The notes beneath the pieces were generated by a model. It was not told the DNA's origin. It saw nothing but the letters and a program-made list of their open reading frames with translations, and did no database searches. This document shows positions 39,676 to 50,245 of a DNA stretch of 64,000 bases, one piece after another. A program made the position numbers and the translations under genes. The DNA is from an uncultured Planctomycetales bacterium (GTDB lineage Bacteria; Omnitrophota; Gorgyraeia; Gygaellales; Profunditerraquicolaceae), in NCBI GenBank assembly GCA_964427405.1, contig CAYRUB010000006.1, positions 15,558-79,557 of the forward strand. The letters run 5' to 3'. Within the stretch, counting starts at the first letter, position 1, and each line of letters opens with the position of its first letter.

Positions 39676-40725
39676 ATGGATACAGAAAAGCGCAATGTGT
39701 GGCAAGTTGGTACTGGTAGTCAGGAGCGTTCCTACGGAAATATTTTCTTAAAATATGACGTAATGGCTGTAGGGCCGGGAGATGATGGTTTTTATAACGA
39801 GAAATTATATTCTCCTTACGGTGATATTAAAAACAGTATTAGGCGTTTTTATCAAAATGCCAAGAAAGGCGATTTAGTAGTTTTACGGTTAGGCACTGGC
39901 CAGGTGCTTGCGCTTGGCGAAATAGCGGATGACGGCCCTGTTATAAATGAGGAATTCGCTGACATTGACGACTATCACTTGCAGCATGTCCGCAGAGTAA
40001 GATGGTTCCCCAATACGGCGAAGGGTTTTCCCGTAAGAACGCTTGGTGGGCAGGTAAGAACTTTTGCAGGAGTTAACGCTTCCAGTGTACTTCGTTGGAT
40101 CGGAAGGGTGAGAGTTTCTTCTAAAGTGTTGCATAGGAAATTAAAGCATCTTCCTAAGCCATCAGTTAGTCTCTCGTCTCAGGAGTTAAAAAGAGGACTT
40201 GTTGCTTCTGGATTGTCTATGGAGCGAACTAATAAGGTTGTTAATAGACTTAATTCCTTGCGAATGATAGCGCAATGGTATAAAGATGAAGAAAAGAGAC
40301 TTGGAAAACGGCCATCTGAGCATGAAACGGTTGCTTACATGGTTATTCCATTCCTTCAATCGTTAGGCTGGATGCGCGAGAATACTGCTATTGAATGGAA
40401 TGGGGTTGACGTTGCCCTGTTTGATCGACTGCCGTCTAAAGATACATTTCTTCGCTGTGTAGTGGAGGCGAAAGCTTTTGGGAGTTCAGTCTTTAAGCCA
40501 TTTGAACAGGCTGCTGATTATGCGCGAGTAAAAGGGCGGGATCATTGTAAGAAATTAATTGTTACAGATGGAATACGCTACACATATTTTAAAAAGCAAG
40601 GTGGTGAGTTTAGTCCACAATCGAGGCCGCAAGCGTATTTGAATATCATGCGCATGAGAAAGAACTATCCTCTATATGACTGTGATGGAGCTGTGGAAGC
40701 GATTAAGGGGATGGTAATGGCATAA
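39676..40725 (+). CDS. Hypothetical protein with putative PD-(D/E)xK nuclease motif
   Basis: GVDVALFD ... CVVEAKAF (D ... ExK) in the C-terminal half. GGAGG RBS before ATG at 39676. Confidence 0.35.
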   Translation: MDTEKRNVWQVGTGSQERSYGNIFLKYDVMAVGPGDDGFYNEKLYSPYGDIKNSIRRFYQNAKKGDLVVLRLGTGQVLALGEIADDGPVINEEFADIDDYHLQHVRRVRWFPNTAKGFPVRTLGGQVRTFAGVNASSVLRWIGRVRVSSKVLHRKLKHLPKPSVSLSSQELKRGLVASGLSMERTNKVVNRLNSLRMIAQWYKDEEKRLGKRPSEHETVAYMVIPFLQSLGWMRENTAIEWNGVDVALFDRLPSKDTFLRCVVEAKAFGSSVFKPFEQAADYARVKGRDHCKKLIVTDGIRYTYFKKQGGEFSPQSRPQAYLNIMRMRKNYPLYDCDGAVEAIKGMVMA

Positions 40726-40983
40726 GTGGTATAGAATACTGTTAAAATAGGAAGCGCCGCGGCTTATAACCGTGGCGCTTTTGTTTAGAGGTTGTTTTCA
40801 GAGAGTCTTTCTGACGTTCCGTATTTCTGGTCACCTTAAGGGAATTACCTCTTGTGACATGTCTTGGGAGCGTTTGTTTGGCGAATACGTAAAAATACCC
40901 ACGGATTATAGGCAAGATTTCAAGCGTAAACCGTCCTTTTTATCCCTTAAGTTTTTATTTACGTGGTATAATATGAAACAAAA

Positions 40984-43900
40984 ATGGCTATCAAATCCTG
41001 CTTTATAGGTATCGATAAATATTTAGATCCTGGTATCCGAGACTTAACGGGAGCAGTTAAGGATGCAACTGTTTTATGGTCCTTATTTTCTGATACTGTC
41101 CCTTCCATACAGGCAGACATTCTCTGCAATGAACACGCCACCTTTGATCATGTGAAAAACAGTCTTTCTTCTCTTCTTGAGTCTGCTACCCAAGAAGATA
41201 CAATTATCATTTCATTTTCCGGACATGGCACAAATCACCATCGTCTCGTAACCCATAATACGTCCAAGGCAGCTCTGGATGATACCACGGTATCAATGGA
41301 TGAGCTGGCTGGTCTCTTCAGAAAATCTAAGGCCAACGCAATTCTTTTTATCCTAGATTGCTGTTTTAGCGGAGCTGTCCCCGCAAGAGTCATTGAAGAC
41401 AGCCCTGTCCCCCGGCAAGATACTTTTTCTTTTGAAAGCTTTGCCGGTAAAGGAAGAATATTAATTGCGGCATCAAGCGCCAATGAGCCAGCCTTCGAGT
41501 TACCTGGGTGCGGTCATGGGCTTTTAACAAAGGCCTTAATTGATGCATTACAAACTACAGATGATCAGGTTAACTTAGCATCGGCAATGGACAAAATTAC
41601 TCAGATGGTGAGAGCTGAGGCTGCACGCATTGGCGTAACACAAACGCCTGTTTGGTTTGGTTTCATAGAGGGAGGTTTAACTTTCCCCTCTCTTAGGCCA
41701 GGAGCTAATTTTTATAAGGCATTTCCGGAGAGCAAAGGAATTAGGATTAGTAAAGCGATCGCAGACCTGCAGGCATTTGGGATTTCCGCACCTATTCTTA
41801 TAGAATGGGCTAGGAATTTTAAAAACGGATTGAACAATCTACAACTAGAAGCAGTCAATAAGCACAGGATATTAGATGGTCAATCTTTGCTTGTGGTGGC
41901 ACCTACAAGTTCCGGTAAAACATTTATTGGAGAAATGGCCGCAGCAAAGGCAATATCTAAAGGTGAAAAGGTAATCTTTCTTTTGCCTTACCGCGCACTA
42001 GTAAATGAGAAATATGATTCTTTTGTTCAGTTATATACTGACAATTTAGGGATTCGTGTACTTCGATGCACAGGAGATTATTCTGATGAAACTGGTCCAT
42101 TTGTCCGTGGTAAATATGAAATCGCTATATTGACATTTGAAATGTTTCTCAATTTAGTCTTAGGGAATCCAACGTTATTAAGTCAGATTGGATTAATCGT
42201 GCTTGATGAAGCTCAATTCATTACGGATCCGACAAGAGGGATAACAGTTGAGTTATTGCTTACCTTTCTTTTAGCGAATGCTGAGAAAGGTATTAGACCT
42301 CAAATAATTGCCCTCTCAGCTGTCATTGGCGGTATAAACGATTTTGATCAATGGCTCGGAGTTGAGGCTATGATTTCGTATGAGCGTCCGGTACCCCTGG
42401 AAGAGGGCGTTATGGACCGTAGCGGTAATTTTCAATTTTTAACTCCTATTGCAGAAACTAAAATAACTTCATTAATTTCTTCATATAATATTGTGCAGCG
42501 GGGAAAGAATCCAAGTCAACAAGATATGATTGTTCCATTGATGCAATTCTTAATGAAAGATCTTAAAGAGAAAGTTATTATTTTTAGGAATACTCGCGGA
42601 CCCGCTGAAGGATGCGCTGGATATCTTAGTCGTGAATTAGGATTGCTCCCGGCAAATGATGTAATAGCACAATTGCCGAATCATGATCTTTCAACCACAT
42701 CTATGCATTTACGGGAATGTTTGTCCGGAGGCGTTGCTTTTCATAATACAAACCTTAACAGAATTGAAAAAGCGATTATAGAGCGTTCGTTTCGAGACCC
42801 CGCCGGTAAGATCAGGGTATTAGTGGCCACTACAACGCTGGCCGCTGGAATAAATACGCCGGCATCAACTGTTGTTTTGGCTGAACAGGAGTTTATCGGT
42901 GAAGATAACCGGCCATTTTCCATTGCAGAGTATAAAAACATGGCTGGTAGAGCTGGCAGGTTAGGTTTTAATGAGGATGGCAAGGCAATTATATTGGCTG
43001 AACAAATGCATGAAACACAGGTTCTTTTTAAGCGATACGTACTTGGAAAACCGGAGGCATTAAGTTCTTCGTTCGATTCTGAGAATGTTGAGACTTGGAT
43101 CATTCGGTTGTTGGCTCAAATTAAAGAGGTTCCCCGACATGATATTGTGCGATTACTGGCAAATACATACGGAGGATATTTAGCGAATCGCCAGAATCCG
43201 GGATGGCGAGAAAGTATAAAACAACATCTAGAGGAATTAATGGTAAAAATGTTATCGCTAGGTCTCTTGGAGCAAGAAGGAGATCTTGTACGGCTTACCT
43301 TACTGGGTCGGGTGTGTGGTCAATCTTCGTTATCGCTTCAATCTGCCATGCGACTTGTTGAATTATTAAAGTCCTTAGGGATGATCCAGGTTAGTTCTGA
43401 GTTTCTTATGGCGATTGTCCAAGGGTTACCCGAATCAGATAATACGTATACACCACTTTTCAAAAGAGGAAGCAAGGAAAGCGGAATGCCTCGGGTAGCA
43501 TCTGCCCGGGTTGGTAATGTTGTTGTTAATTTATTACAGAAGTTTGCCGGGGGAGAGATGTTTACATATTATGCCCGATGTAAAAGAGTAGCCATTTTAT
43601 TTGACTGGATTAATGGTGTGCCTACAGAAAGAATTGAGGCTGAATACACGATGAACCCTTACCAAGGTAAAGTAGGATATGGGGATATTCGGCGTTTTGC
43701 GGATGCCACTAGGTATCATCTTAGAACAGTCGCACCTATTGCTAGTCTTATTTTAGTTGATCGTTGCCCGACCGGTGAGTCAATAGATATTTTGCTAAAA
43801 CAATTAGAAGTTGGTGTGCCGAGAGACTCTCTTGATCTACTTAAACTACCAATCGGCTTTGAAAGAGGTGAATATTTGGCACTCTACGGAAAAGGTATCA

Positions 43901-44010
43901 AGACCTATGAAGCTTTCTGGGCTGTACCGGGAGAGAATCTTATTAGAATCCTTGGCTCAGATCGCGCTGCGGAAATTGAAAAGGCTCGAAGTAAATTAGT
44001 TGTTAAATAA
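40984..44010 (+). CDS. Caspase-like (peptidase C14) domain fused to SF2 (Ski2/Hel308-like) helicase with C-terminal winged-helix region
   Basis: Caspase His-Gly (ISFSGHG) and Cys (ILDCCFSGA) dyads. Helicase motifs I APTSSGKT, II VLDEAQF, III LSAV, VI MAGRAGRLG. 1008 aa. Confidence 0.7.
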   Translation: MAIKSCFIGIDKYLDPGIRDLTGAVKDATVLWSLFSDTVPSIQADILCNEHATFDHVKNSLSSLLESATQEDTIIISFSGHGTNHHRLVTHNTSKAALDDTTVSMDELAGLFRKSKANAILFILDCCFSGAVPARVIEDSPVPRQDTFSFESFAGKGRILIAASSANEPAFELPGCGHGLLTKALIDALQTTDDQVNLASAMDKITQMVRAEAARIGVTQTPVWFGFIEGGLTFPSLRPGANFYKAFPESKGIRISKAIADLQAFGISAPILIEWARNFKNGLNNLQLEAVNKHRILDGQSLLVVAPTSSGKTFIGEMAAAKAISKGEKVIFLLPYRALVNEKYDSFVQLYTDNLGIRVLRCTGDYSDETGPFVRGKYEIAILTFEMFLNLVLGNPTLLSQIGLIVLDEAQFITDPTRGITVELLLTFLLANAEKGIRPQIIALSAVIGGINDFDQWLGVEAMISYERPVPLEEGVMDRSGNFQFLTPIAETKITSLISSYNIVQRGKNPSQQDMIVPLMQFLMKDLKEKVIIFRNTRGPAEGCAGYLSRELGLLPANDVIAQLPNHDLSTTSMHLRECLSGGVAFHNTNLNRIEKAIIERSFRDPAGKIRVLVATTTLAAGINTPASTVVLAEQEFIGEDNRPFSIAEYKNMAGRAGRLGFNEDGKAIILAEQMHETQVLFKRYVLGKPEALSSSFDSENVETWIIRLLAQIKEVPRHDIVRLLANTYGGYLANRQNPGWRESIKQHLEELMVKMLSLGLLEQEGDLVRLTLLGRVCGQSSLSLQSAMRLVELLKSLGMIQVSSEFLMAIVQGLPESDNTYTPLFKRGSKESGMPRVASARVGNVVVNLLQKFAGGEMFTYYARCKRVAILFDWINGVPTERIEAEYTMNPYQGKVGYGDIRRFADATRYHLRTVAPIASLILVDRCPTGESIDILLKQLEVGVPRDSLDLLKLPIGFERGEYLALYGKGIKTYEAFWAVPGENLIRILGSDRAAEIEKARSKLVVK

Positions 44011-44084
44011 ATTAGGGCAATAAAAGATGACGGCTGTAATTTTTTAAAATAAAACATCACCATTTTTATCGGAAGTCGAATATC

Positions 44085-45728
44085 TTGAAAAAACATAAAC
44101 GTATATGGGGTCGGTGGATTTCTTATGAACCTTCATTTGCAGAGGGAGGGCAGGCACGATTGTATTTGGTTACCGATACCACTGGAGATCTCAATGGCGA
44201 ATATGTTCTTAAGGAACTCAAGAATCCTAATCGGCTGAATCGCTTTGACGTTGAACTTAAAGCAATTACATCGTTAGCTGTACATCCAAATATTGTTTCA
44301 TTGATTGATTCTGGTATTTATCGAGATCCTGATAAGCCTTGTTTCGTAATAATGAAAGCTGATCAAAATCTCGAGAAATTTATTTGTGATAATGTGATCT
44401 CAATCGATGAATTATTATTGATTTTTGATAAGATTTGCGATGGTGCAGCATATTTACATACAAATTTAATTATTCATCGTGACCTTAAACCAGAAAACAT
44501 TTTGATGTTTAAAAATGAACCTAAGATTGCTGATTTTGGGCTTTGCCTTATAGTTGACATAACAAGGTTTACCCCTTCTTCAGAAGTTATTGGTTCGCGA
44601 TTTTATATGGCTCCAGAAATGGAAGATGGCAGGCAACTAAATGTCGGTTTTGAAGTAGACGTTTATTCTCTTGGTAAAATTCTCTATTACTTGCTTTCAG
44701 GTGGCAAAATTTTCGCTCGAGAAAAATTTAATGATAAAGATTGGAAACTTTCAAGGTCAAAAGATGATTCTCGTTTAGATCTTTTTGATCCGGTTTTTAA
44801 AAAATCAATTGTTCCTGAACAAAGGAGTCGCTATAAAGATGCTAGCGAATTGCAGAAAGGATTCCGACAAGCGCGGGATAATTTTAATAAGCATCCACTA
44901 ACCACTCTATTTAAGAAGTTCGGAAGTATGAATAATGCATTCCGGGGATCAGAAGATAAACTTCAATCTATAAATGAAAACGAAATGTGCGAAATATTCA
45001 GCCATGCAAAGAAGCATGGAGTTGTTTTACCTCAAGCTGTTTTCAACGCCGCTTTCAACTCACTAACTACAAAATTGGCGCAACCATTCGCAGAGGCACT
45101 TTTAGAAAACGAGCCAACTTTAGATGCCCATTTTATTGCTATTGCAGCAGGGCGTATATTTTGTTTACCACAAGTAGAGGCAGCGTTTATTATTTGGTGG
45201 TTGAATTCTGAGCATTTTAATCGTTTAGCATTACACGCTTTAAGCTGTGCAGATAATAAGGTGTTAAATGCAATAGGGAATTGGAGTATTTTTACTCTTC
45301 AACATTGTAATGAAGTTTTGCAAAAATTGTCGGATAACTTTCATAATCTTAATTCAAAAGCGAAACAGAATTTTCTAGTTGCATCTAGAAAATCACCCTA
45401 CGAAAAAAAAGAGCAACTCCTTCTTGAATTAAGTCAAGACACTAACCTTGACAACGTTTCTCTTAGTGCAGTTGTCGCTGGATTATGTGCTTGTGCTTCC
45501 CAGACCGCAATCGCACGAGTAATTGAATTGGCTGATAGGCAAGATATGGACGAAAAGTTGACTGCCATTGGTGGCGGTATTATTTTAGGGTCGTCTAGAG
45601 ATACAGCACTACAGTTGAGCAAGCTTAGTTATAAAAACCCAGTGTTAAAGGTTCTATTGGACACATTGGATGAAGTGGAGAGTGATAATAAGGAAGATAA
45701 GGGGTTCATTGAGCAAGATGAAAAATAA
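44085..45728 (+). CDS. Hanks-type Ser/Thr protein kinase with C-terminal helical domain (TTG start)
   Basis: VLKELKN (VAIK-like), HRDLKPENIL, ADFGLC, YMAPE motifs; about 270-aa C-terminal extension of unknown function. Confidence 0.8.
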   Translation: MKKHKRIWGRWISYEPSFAEGGQARLYLVTDTTGDLNGEYVLKELKNPNRLNRFDVELKAITSLAVHPNIVSLIDSGIYRDPDKPCFVIMKADQNLEKFICDNVISIDELLLIFDKICDGAAYLHTNLIIHRDLKPENILMFKNEPKIADFGLCLIVDITRFTPSSEVIGSRFYMAPEMEDGRQLNVGFEVDVYSLGKILYYLLSGGKIFAREKFNDKDWKLSRSKDDSRLDLFDPVFKKSIVPEQRSRYKDASELQKGFRQARDNFNKHPLTTLFKKFGSMNNAFRGSEDKLQSINENEMCEIFSHAKKHGVVLPQAVFNAAFNSLTTKLAQPFAEALLENEPTLDAHFIAIAAGRIFCLPQVEAAFIIWWLNSEHFNRLALHALSCADNKVLNAIGNWSIFTLQHCNEVLQKLSDNFHNLNSKAKQNFLVASRKSPYEKKEQLLLELSQDTNLDNVSLSAVVAGLCACASQTAIARVIELADRQDMDEKLTAIGGGIILGSSRDTALQLSKLSYKNPVLKVLLDTLDEVESDNKEDKGFIEQDEK

Positions 45729-45876
45729 ATTTTACTCACTAATGTCTGTCTTTTGAACTATTCGTTCTTTGAAGCGGTAAAATTTCCCCACACTAAATTT
45801 TACCAAAACAAAGGTGGTTTCAAAAAGGAGATTGTTACAAAAAATGATTAGGACTTTTGGTATTCTTAGTTAGTTT

Positions 45877-46488
45877 ATGAATAAAACTATAATAGTTTTT
45901 AACGAAAGAGCAAGGTTTAAGGCAGAAAATGAAATGCTTATTAATAATTTTGAAATATTGAATAGGATTTTATTTGATGCTAGAAATTTTTATGAAATTT
46001 GGTTTGGCTACCTAAGGACGAAAAGTAAAAGTAAATATTTCATCACTTTTCTAAAATATAAAGATTTCTTTGAAACCATAGGATATTCTTGCATTACGAG
46101 TTTGACTATAGATTTATTTAAACTATATGACTCAGGTCAAGAATCTTATAGTATTCTTCATTTAATTAACGATATCAACGAGAGAAGCTTACTGAGTAGT
46201 ACAGATAAGAGAAATATTCGTATAAAAAAGAAGCAAGCAATAATAATATGGGGAAAAGTAAAAGAATTAAGACATAAATTATTTGCACATAGGGATAAAA
46301 ATTTAACCCTAAAAGAAATATACGCTATTGCTAATATAACGCCAAATGATTTTCGAGATTTGACTCAATATACTCTGGAAATTCTAAATTATATTGCTCC
46401 AGTGTTGCATAAGAATAAAATAAGATTCCGTAGAGAAGTGAGAAACGATGCAGTGAATCTATTACGGATACTAATGGAAGCTCAATAG
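45877..46488 (+). CDS. Hypothetical protein (possible HEPN/Abi-like, Rx5H motif)
   Basis: 203 aa, very AT-rich; RHKLFAH fits the HEPN Rx4-6H pattern. Otherwise unrecognised. Confidence 0.3.
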   Translation: MNKTIIVFNERARFKAENEMLINNFEILNRILFDARNFYEIWFGYLRTKSKSKYFITFLKYKDFFETIGYSCITSLTIDLFKLYDSGQESYSILHLINDINERSLLSSTDKRNIRIKKKQAIIIWGKVKELRHKLFAHRDKNLTLKEIYAIANITPNDFRDLTQYTLEILNYIAPVLHKNKIRFRREVRNDAVNLLRILMEAQ

Positions 46489-46518
46489 TATCCCTTTGTT
46501 AATGGGGGGTCAATATAC

Positions 46519-47334
46519 ATGTTTAGTGAAACGTTTAAAGCCCTAAACAATGAGGCACAGTTCACCAGAGAAATACTTGGCTCAGGCGCTTCACAGATTA
46601 GAAACGCTACCTACGCAACTAAGGGCATTTACTTCCAGGCATTTATAAGTCTCTCTACTGGATTTGAAAGGATCGGAAAACTTTGTTTAATGCTTGATCA
46701 TTTTATTGATCATGATGGTGAGTTTCCTGATTACAACTATATGAAGAATGAAATTAGGCACAATATATGTGTTATCTATGAAAAATCACAATCGGTGATT
46801 ACAAAACGTTCAATATCCATGAAGTTTCTGAACAACCTAAATGATCCCATTCATCAATCAATACTGAGAATTATCTCCGAGTTCGCTCAAGGAGATCGTT
46901 ATTCTAACATTGATTTGATTGTGGGGAGGCAACATGAGAGAGATCCTATCGCGTTATGGTTTATGGAAGTAGATAAGCCATTATATGAGACTCGCGTATC
47001 AAAGAAGAAAAAGGAATCTATCAATAGTAACGCCGCTGGCATTGCTTCAATACTTGACCTCTACGTCATGGTTAGGCATACATCTGAGACTGGTAGCGAA
47101 ATCACGGACGTAGAAGATGCAAGCCGCAGAACTGGAATGCAAAAAGCTGTTGTTTCGTATCGCCAGCTATATGTGCTTCAAATCATTAGGTATTGGGTTG
47201 AACTATTATCTTCTCTACAAGACATAGCAATGCAGACTGAGAGCGAAGATATTCCTTTCTTCAATGAAGTATTCGCGCCTTTTTATAACGACGACTCTTA
47301 TATTAGAACGCGAAAAACTTGGGATACTTTTTAA
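46519..47334 (+). CDS. Hypothetical protein (271 aa)
   Basis: Clean ORF; no recognisable domain. Confidence 0.3.
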   Translation: MFSETFKALNNEAQFTREILGSGASQIRNATYATKGIYFQAFISLSTGFERIGKLCLMLDHFIDHDGEFPDYNYMKNEIRHNICVIYEKSQSVITKRSISMKFLNNLNDPIHQSILRIISEFAQGDRYSNIDLIVGRQHERDPIALWFMEVDKPLYETRVSKKKKESINSNAAGIASILDLYVMVRHTSETGSEITDVEDASRRTGMQKAVVSYRQLYVLQIIRYWVELLSSLQDIAMQTESEDIPFFNEVFAPFYNDDSYIRTRKTWDTF

Positions 47335-47788
47335 GCCATATTGTTTTAGATATTTTAGTTCAAGTTTAATTTCTGTTTCTTGAAATATCTGTTTTTGTAC
47401 TCTGAAGCGGAGAAATTTTCCCGCACCAAATTTTGCCGGAGCGAGCGTAGCTGTAGGGTGGCGTGTTCGCACCACGCCCGCCACCATGTTTTTGTTTTGA
47501 ACCACAGACTGCAAGAGGCGGGGCATCCCGCGACCCTGGGTTTCTTTGATTTTGGAAGCAGGAACGGACAACCCTGAACCTTCAATTTATATCCTACCTG
47601 CATACAGAGAGTTTTTCTGTCGCGACGTATTTCTGGTCCGCCAAGATGACTCAGAAAATGATTTACAATGGGGAAGAGGAGGTATAGAATAAACTCATCA
47701 TAAAGAGGTGGTAAATGAGGTTCAAATAGCAAAATTTTAAGGCAACTCCTAAAAATAAGGGGTTGCCTGTTTATTTTAAGGAGGCGTT

Positions 47789-48049
47789 ATGGCTAGAAAA
47801 TTAGTTGAATACGGAGTGTTTCTAAATATACACCCAAGTGGTTACGATAAAAGAGTAATGATTCATAAGCTACCTTGTGCGCATTATAAGCAGCATCTTA
47901 AGAAAGGAAGAGCGACCGGGATGTACACTTTTCATAAAGACTGTTTAACCTTTGATGAGGTAATTAAGCGAACTTCGGAATGGGCCTTAGATTGGCATGC
48001 TCAGATTAAGATTTGCAAAAGTTGTCGGGGAAATTGGAAACTTATTTAA
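47789..48049 (+). CDS. Hypothetical small Cys/His-containing protein (86 aa)
   Basis: ORF preceded by AAGGAGG RBS; CxxH...CKSC residues. Confidence 0.3.
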   Translation: MARKLVEYGVFLNIHPSGYDKRVMIHKLPCAHYKQHLKKGRATGMYTFHKDCLTFDEVIKRTSEWALDWHAQIKICKSCRGNWKLI

Positions 48050-48130
48050 TTCCAATGAAGAATGAAAATGGAGCTGCCTCTAATTTTTGAAAAATAGAAA
48101 GTTTGAATTTCGTTAAGGAGTGATTACTAA

Positions 48131-49825
48131 ATGATTAAGTGGATAAGAAAGATTATAGGTAATAAGAGACAAGAAAAACAATACAGTATATCGAAGGAAA
48201 AAATTGAGTATAGACTACAGAAAGAAGACACCAAGCATTACAAATGCTTTGTGTTAATGCCTATTGGTAAAGAGGGTACTGTAGAATACTCAAATAATAT
48301 GCTGGTATTCCATGAGATAATCAAACCCTGTGTAGTTAATAGTGGCTATGCTATTGACTGTTATTATTTAGATTTAGTCTCAGAATCTGGAGATATAGCT
48401 AAACAGGGGATACTAGCTTTAAAAGATGATACTATTGTAATAGCAGATTTAAGGCGTAGAAATCCAGCAGTAAGCTATGAATTAGGCATAAGACATACGC
48501 TTGGCAAGAGATCCATATTGGTTTGCTCAAGTCAATCCGATCATTTTTTCTATACTATCAGACATCGGGCTATTAAGTATAAAATAGATGGAACTTCTAA
48601 TCAGGAATTTTATGATAAATTATCATCTTGTATTGAGGACATATTAATTAATCCAGAAAAATCAGACAACCCTGTAAGCGATATTTTAGGGGGTATTAAT
48701 AGCATTGCTGGAGTGCAGTTATTAGAAAGGGAGGAATCCGGAGAAACAAAAGTGGTTACTTCTGATAAAGAAAAAGATTTCCACCGGTTAGTAGCGGCTG
48801 GAATACAATATGAAAATGTTAATAGACACGATTTAGCTATTGGTTGTTTTGAGGATGCTTTAAAAATAAAACCCGATGATATAGGTCTTCATATTCAGTT
48901 GAGTATTATATACGGTGAGAAGGTCGGAGATAGAAGTAGTAAAGAAAAAGCAATAGAGCATTGTAAGGACGTATTAAGGATTGATAAAAACAATATTTCA
49001 GCAAAGTTTAATTTAGCTATATATACGAATCATTTAAAGGGTTCGAAAGAAAGCTTGCCAATTTATTTAGAAGTTGAGTCTTTAATTAGAATGCAAGGGT
49101 TATTGGGTTCGGAAATAGATGGAAAGTCAAATCTTTTCATAGGACATGATTATAAGAATGCGGGAGACAAGCCAGAGGCTGAAAAACGTTATGAAAAGGC
49201 GATAGCCATATTAAAGAAACTAGTCGATCAAGGAGATAAGGGAAGCGCTTTTTGGTTAACTGATGCAAAAAAGAATTTAAGAAGTATTTTTAAAATAACT
49301 TCTATTTTGAGTGACGAAGAAACAATATTTGTTAATTCAAGTACAGTCATTTTACTTCCGACAAATATTAAATCAGTTGAAGCTTCGATTCATCCTCTAT
49401 GGAAGCAATTTGATCAGAGGCAGCCGGAATTAGAAGGCGCAAAGTGGATTGCAGATCGCCCGACAATAACTAATGAGGAAGCTTTAAAGGGGGGAATATA
49501 TACATTTACTAGAGAATTTGATTTTAACTCTGAAATTGCGCAATTGCGTTCAGCAGAGATATGTTTACTTGTTGACGATTTTTGTGAATTAATAGTAAAT
49601 AGCACACGATTGGGGAGAGTTCATGGATATGAGGAATTACATAGATTCGTTATTACGCAATACATCAAAAAAGGCAAAAATATCGTTCAGTTTATAGTAG
49701 AGAATATTGCAGCTGAAGAATTTAATGATCCCCATAAGAACCCAGAGTTTTATAAATCCACTGAGAAATATCTTTTTAATCCATATGGTTTGAAATATTC
49801 AATTATTTTAGAGTATAGATGTTAA
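48131..49825 (+). CDS. Nucleoside 2-deoxyribosyltransferase-like (TIR/SLOG-related) domain + TPR repeats + C-terminal domain
   Basis: N-terminal CFVLMPIG...NPAVSYELGIRHTLGKRSILV resembles the Nuc_deoxyrib_tr catalytic-Glu region. Central TPR-like repeats (LAIGCFEDALKIKPDD...). Confidence 0.4.
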   Translation: MIKWIRKIIGNKRQEKQYSISKEKIEYRLQKEDTKHYKCFVLMPIGKEGTVEYSNNMLVFHEIIKPCVVNSGYAIDCYYLDLVSESGDIAKQGILALKDDTIVIADLRRRNPAVSYELGIRHTLGKRSILVCSSQSDHFFYTIRHRAIKYKIDGTSNQEFYDKLSSCIEDILINPEKSDNPVSDILGGINSIAGVQLLEREESGETKVVTSDKEKDFHRLVAAGIQYENVNRHDLAIGCFEDALKIKPDDIGLHIQLSIIYGEKVGDRSSKEKAIEHCKDVLRIDKNNISAKFNLAIYTNHLKGSKESLPIYLEVESLIRMQGLLGSEIDGKSNLFIGHDYKNAGDKPEAEKRYEKAIAILKKLVDQGDKGSAFWLTDAKKNLRSIFKITSILSDEETIFVNSSTVILLPTNIKSVEASIHPLWKQFDQRQPELEGAKWIADRPTITNEEALKGGIYTFTREFDFNSEIAQLRSAEICLLVDDFCELIVNSTRLGRVHGYEELHRFVITQYIKKGKNIVQFIVENIAAEEFNDPHKNPEFYKSTEKYLFNPYGLKYSIILEYRC

Positions 49826-50245
49826 GGAGATATTCAAAAATAATCTTTTTCTCTTTCTCTAAAATCGTGGGACTTTTTTGAAAAAGACACAGCTTGGCGA
49901 GACGTGGATAAAGCAGGTTACTTCTTTTAAAAAATAGAAACACCCGTAATTTATAGTCAAACGAATGAATTAAGATTAAAATGGGATATGCAACTCCCTG
50001 GACTCCCAGTTTATCGGGGGAGCGAGGTGCTGTCGGAGCTCGACGTATCTGCGCCGAGCTCCTACTCAGGGTAACAGGCGACAGTGCCCAAACAGGTTCA
50101 CATATACAGTATACAACAATGCTAGAGGGATTCTTTGTTTCAATCATAGTACAGATATTGGATTATATCAATTCTACAGAATATTTTAACTCTTTTGCGT
50201 TAGAATAAATAAGAGCATGCTAATTCATAAGCTAATGAGGGAGCT

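Noticed and set aside
47215-47732. Overlapping 118-, 125- and 65-aa ORFs in both strands
   Set aside because: They occupy an intergenic GC-rich segment containing the conserved hairpin and direct-repeat motifs. They overlap one another and have no RBS, so they are better explained as non-coding structure.
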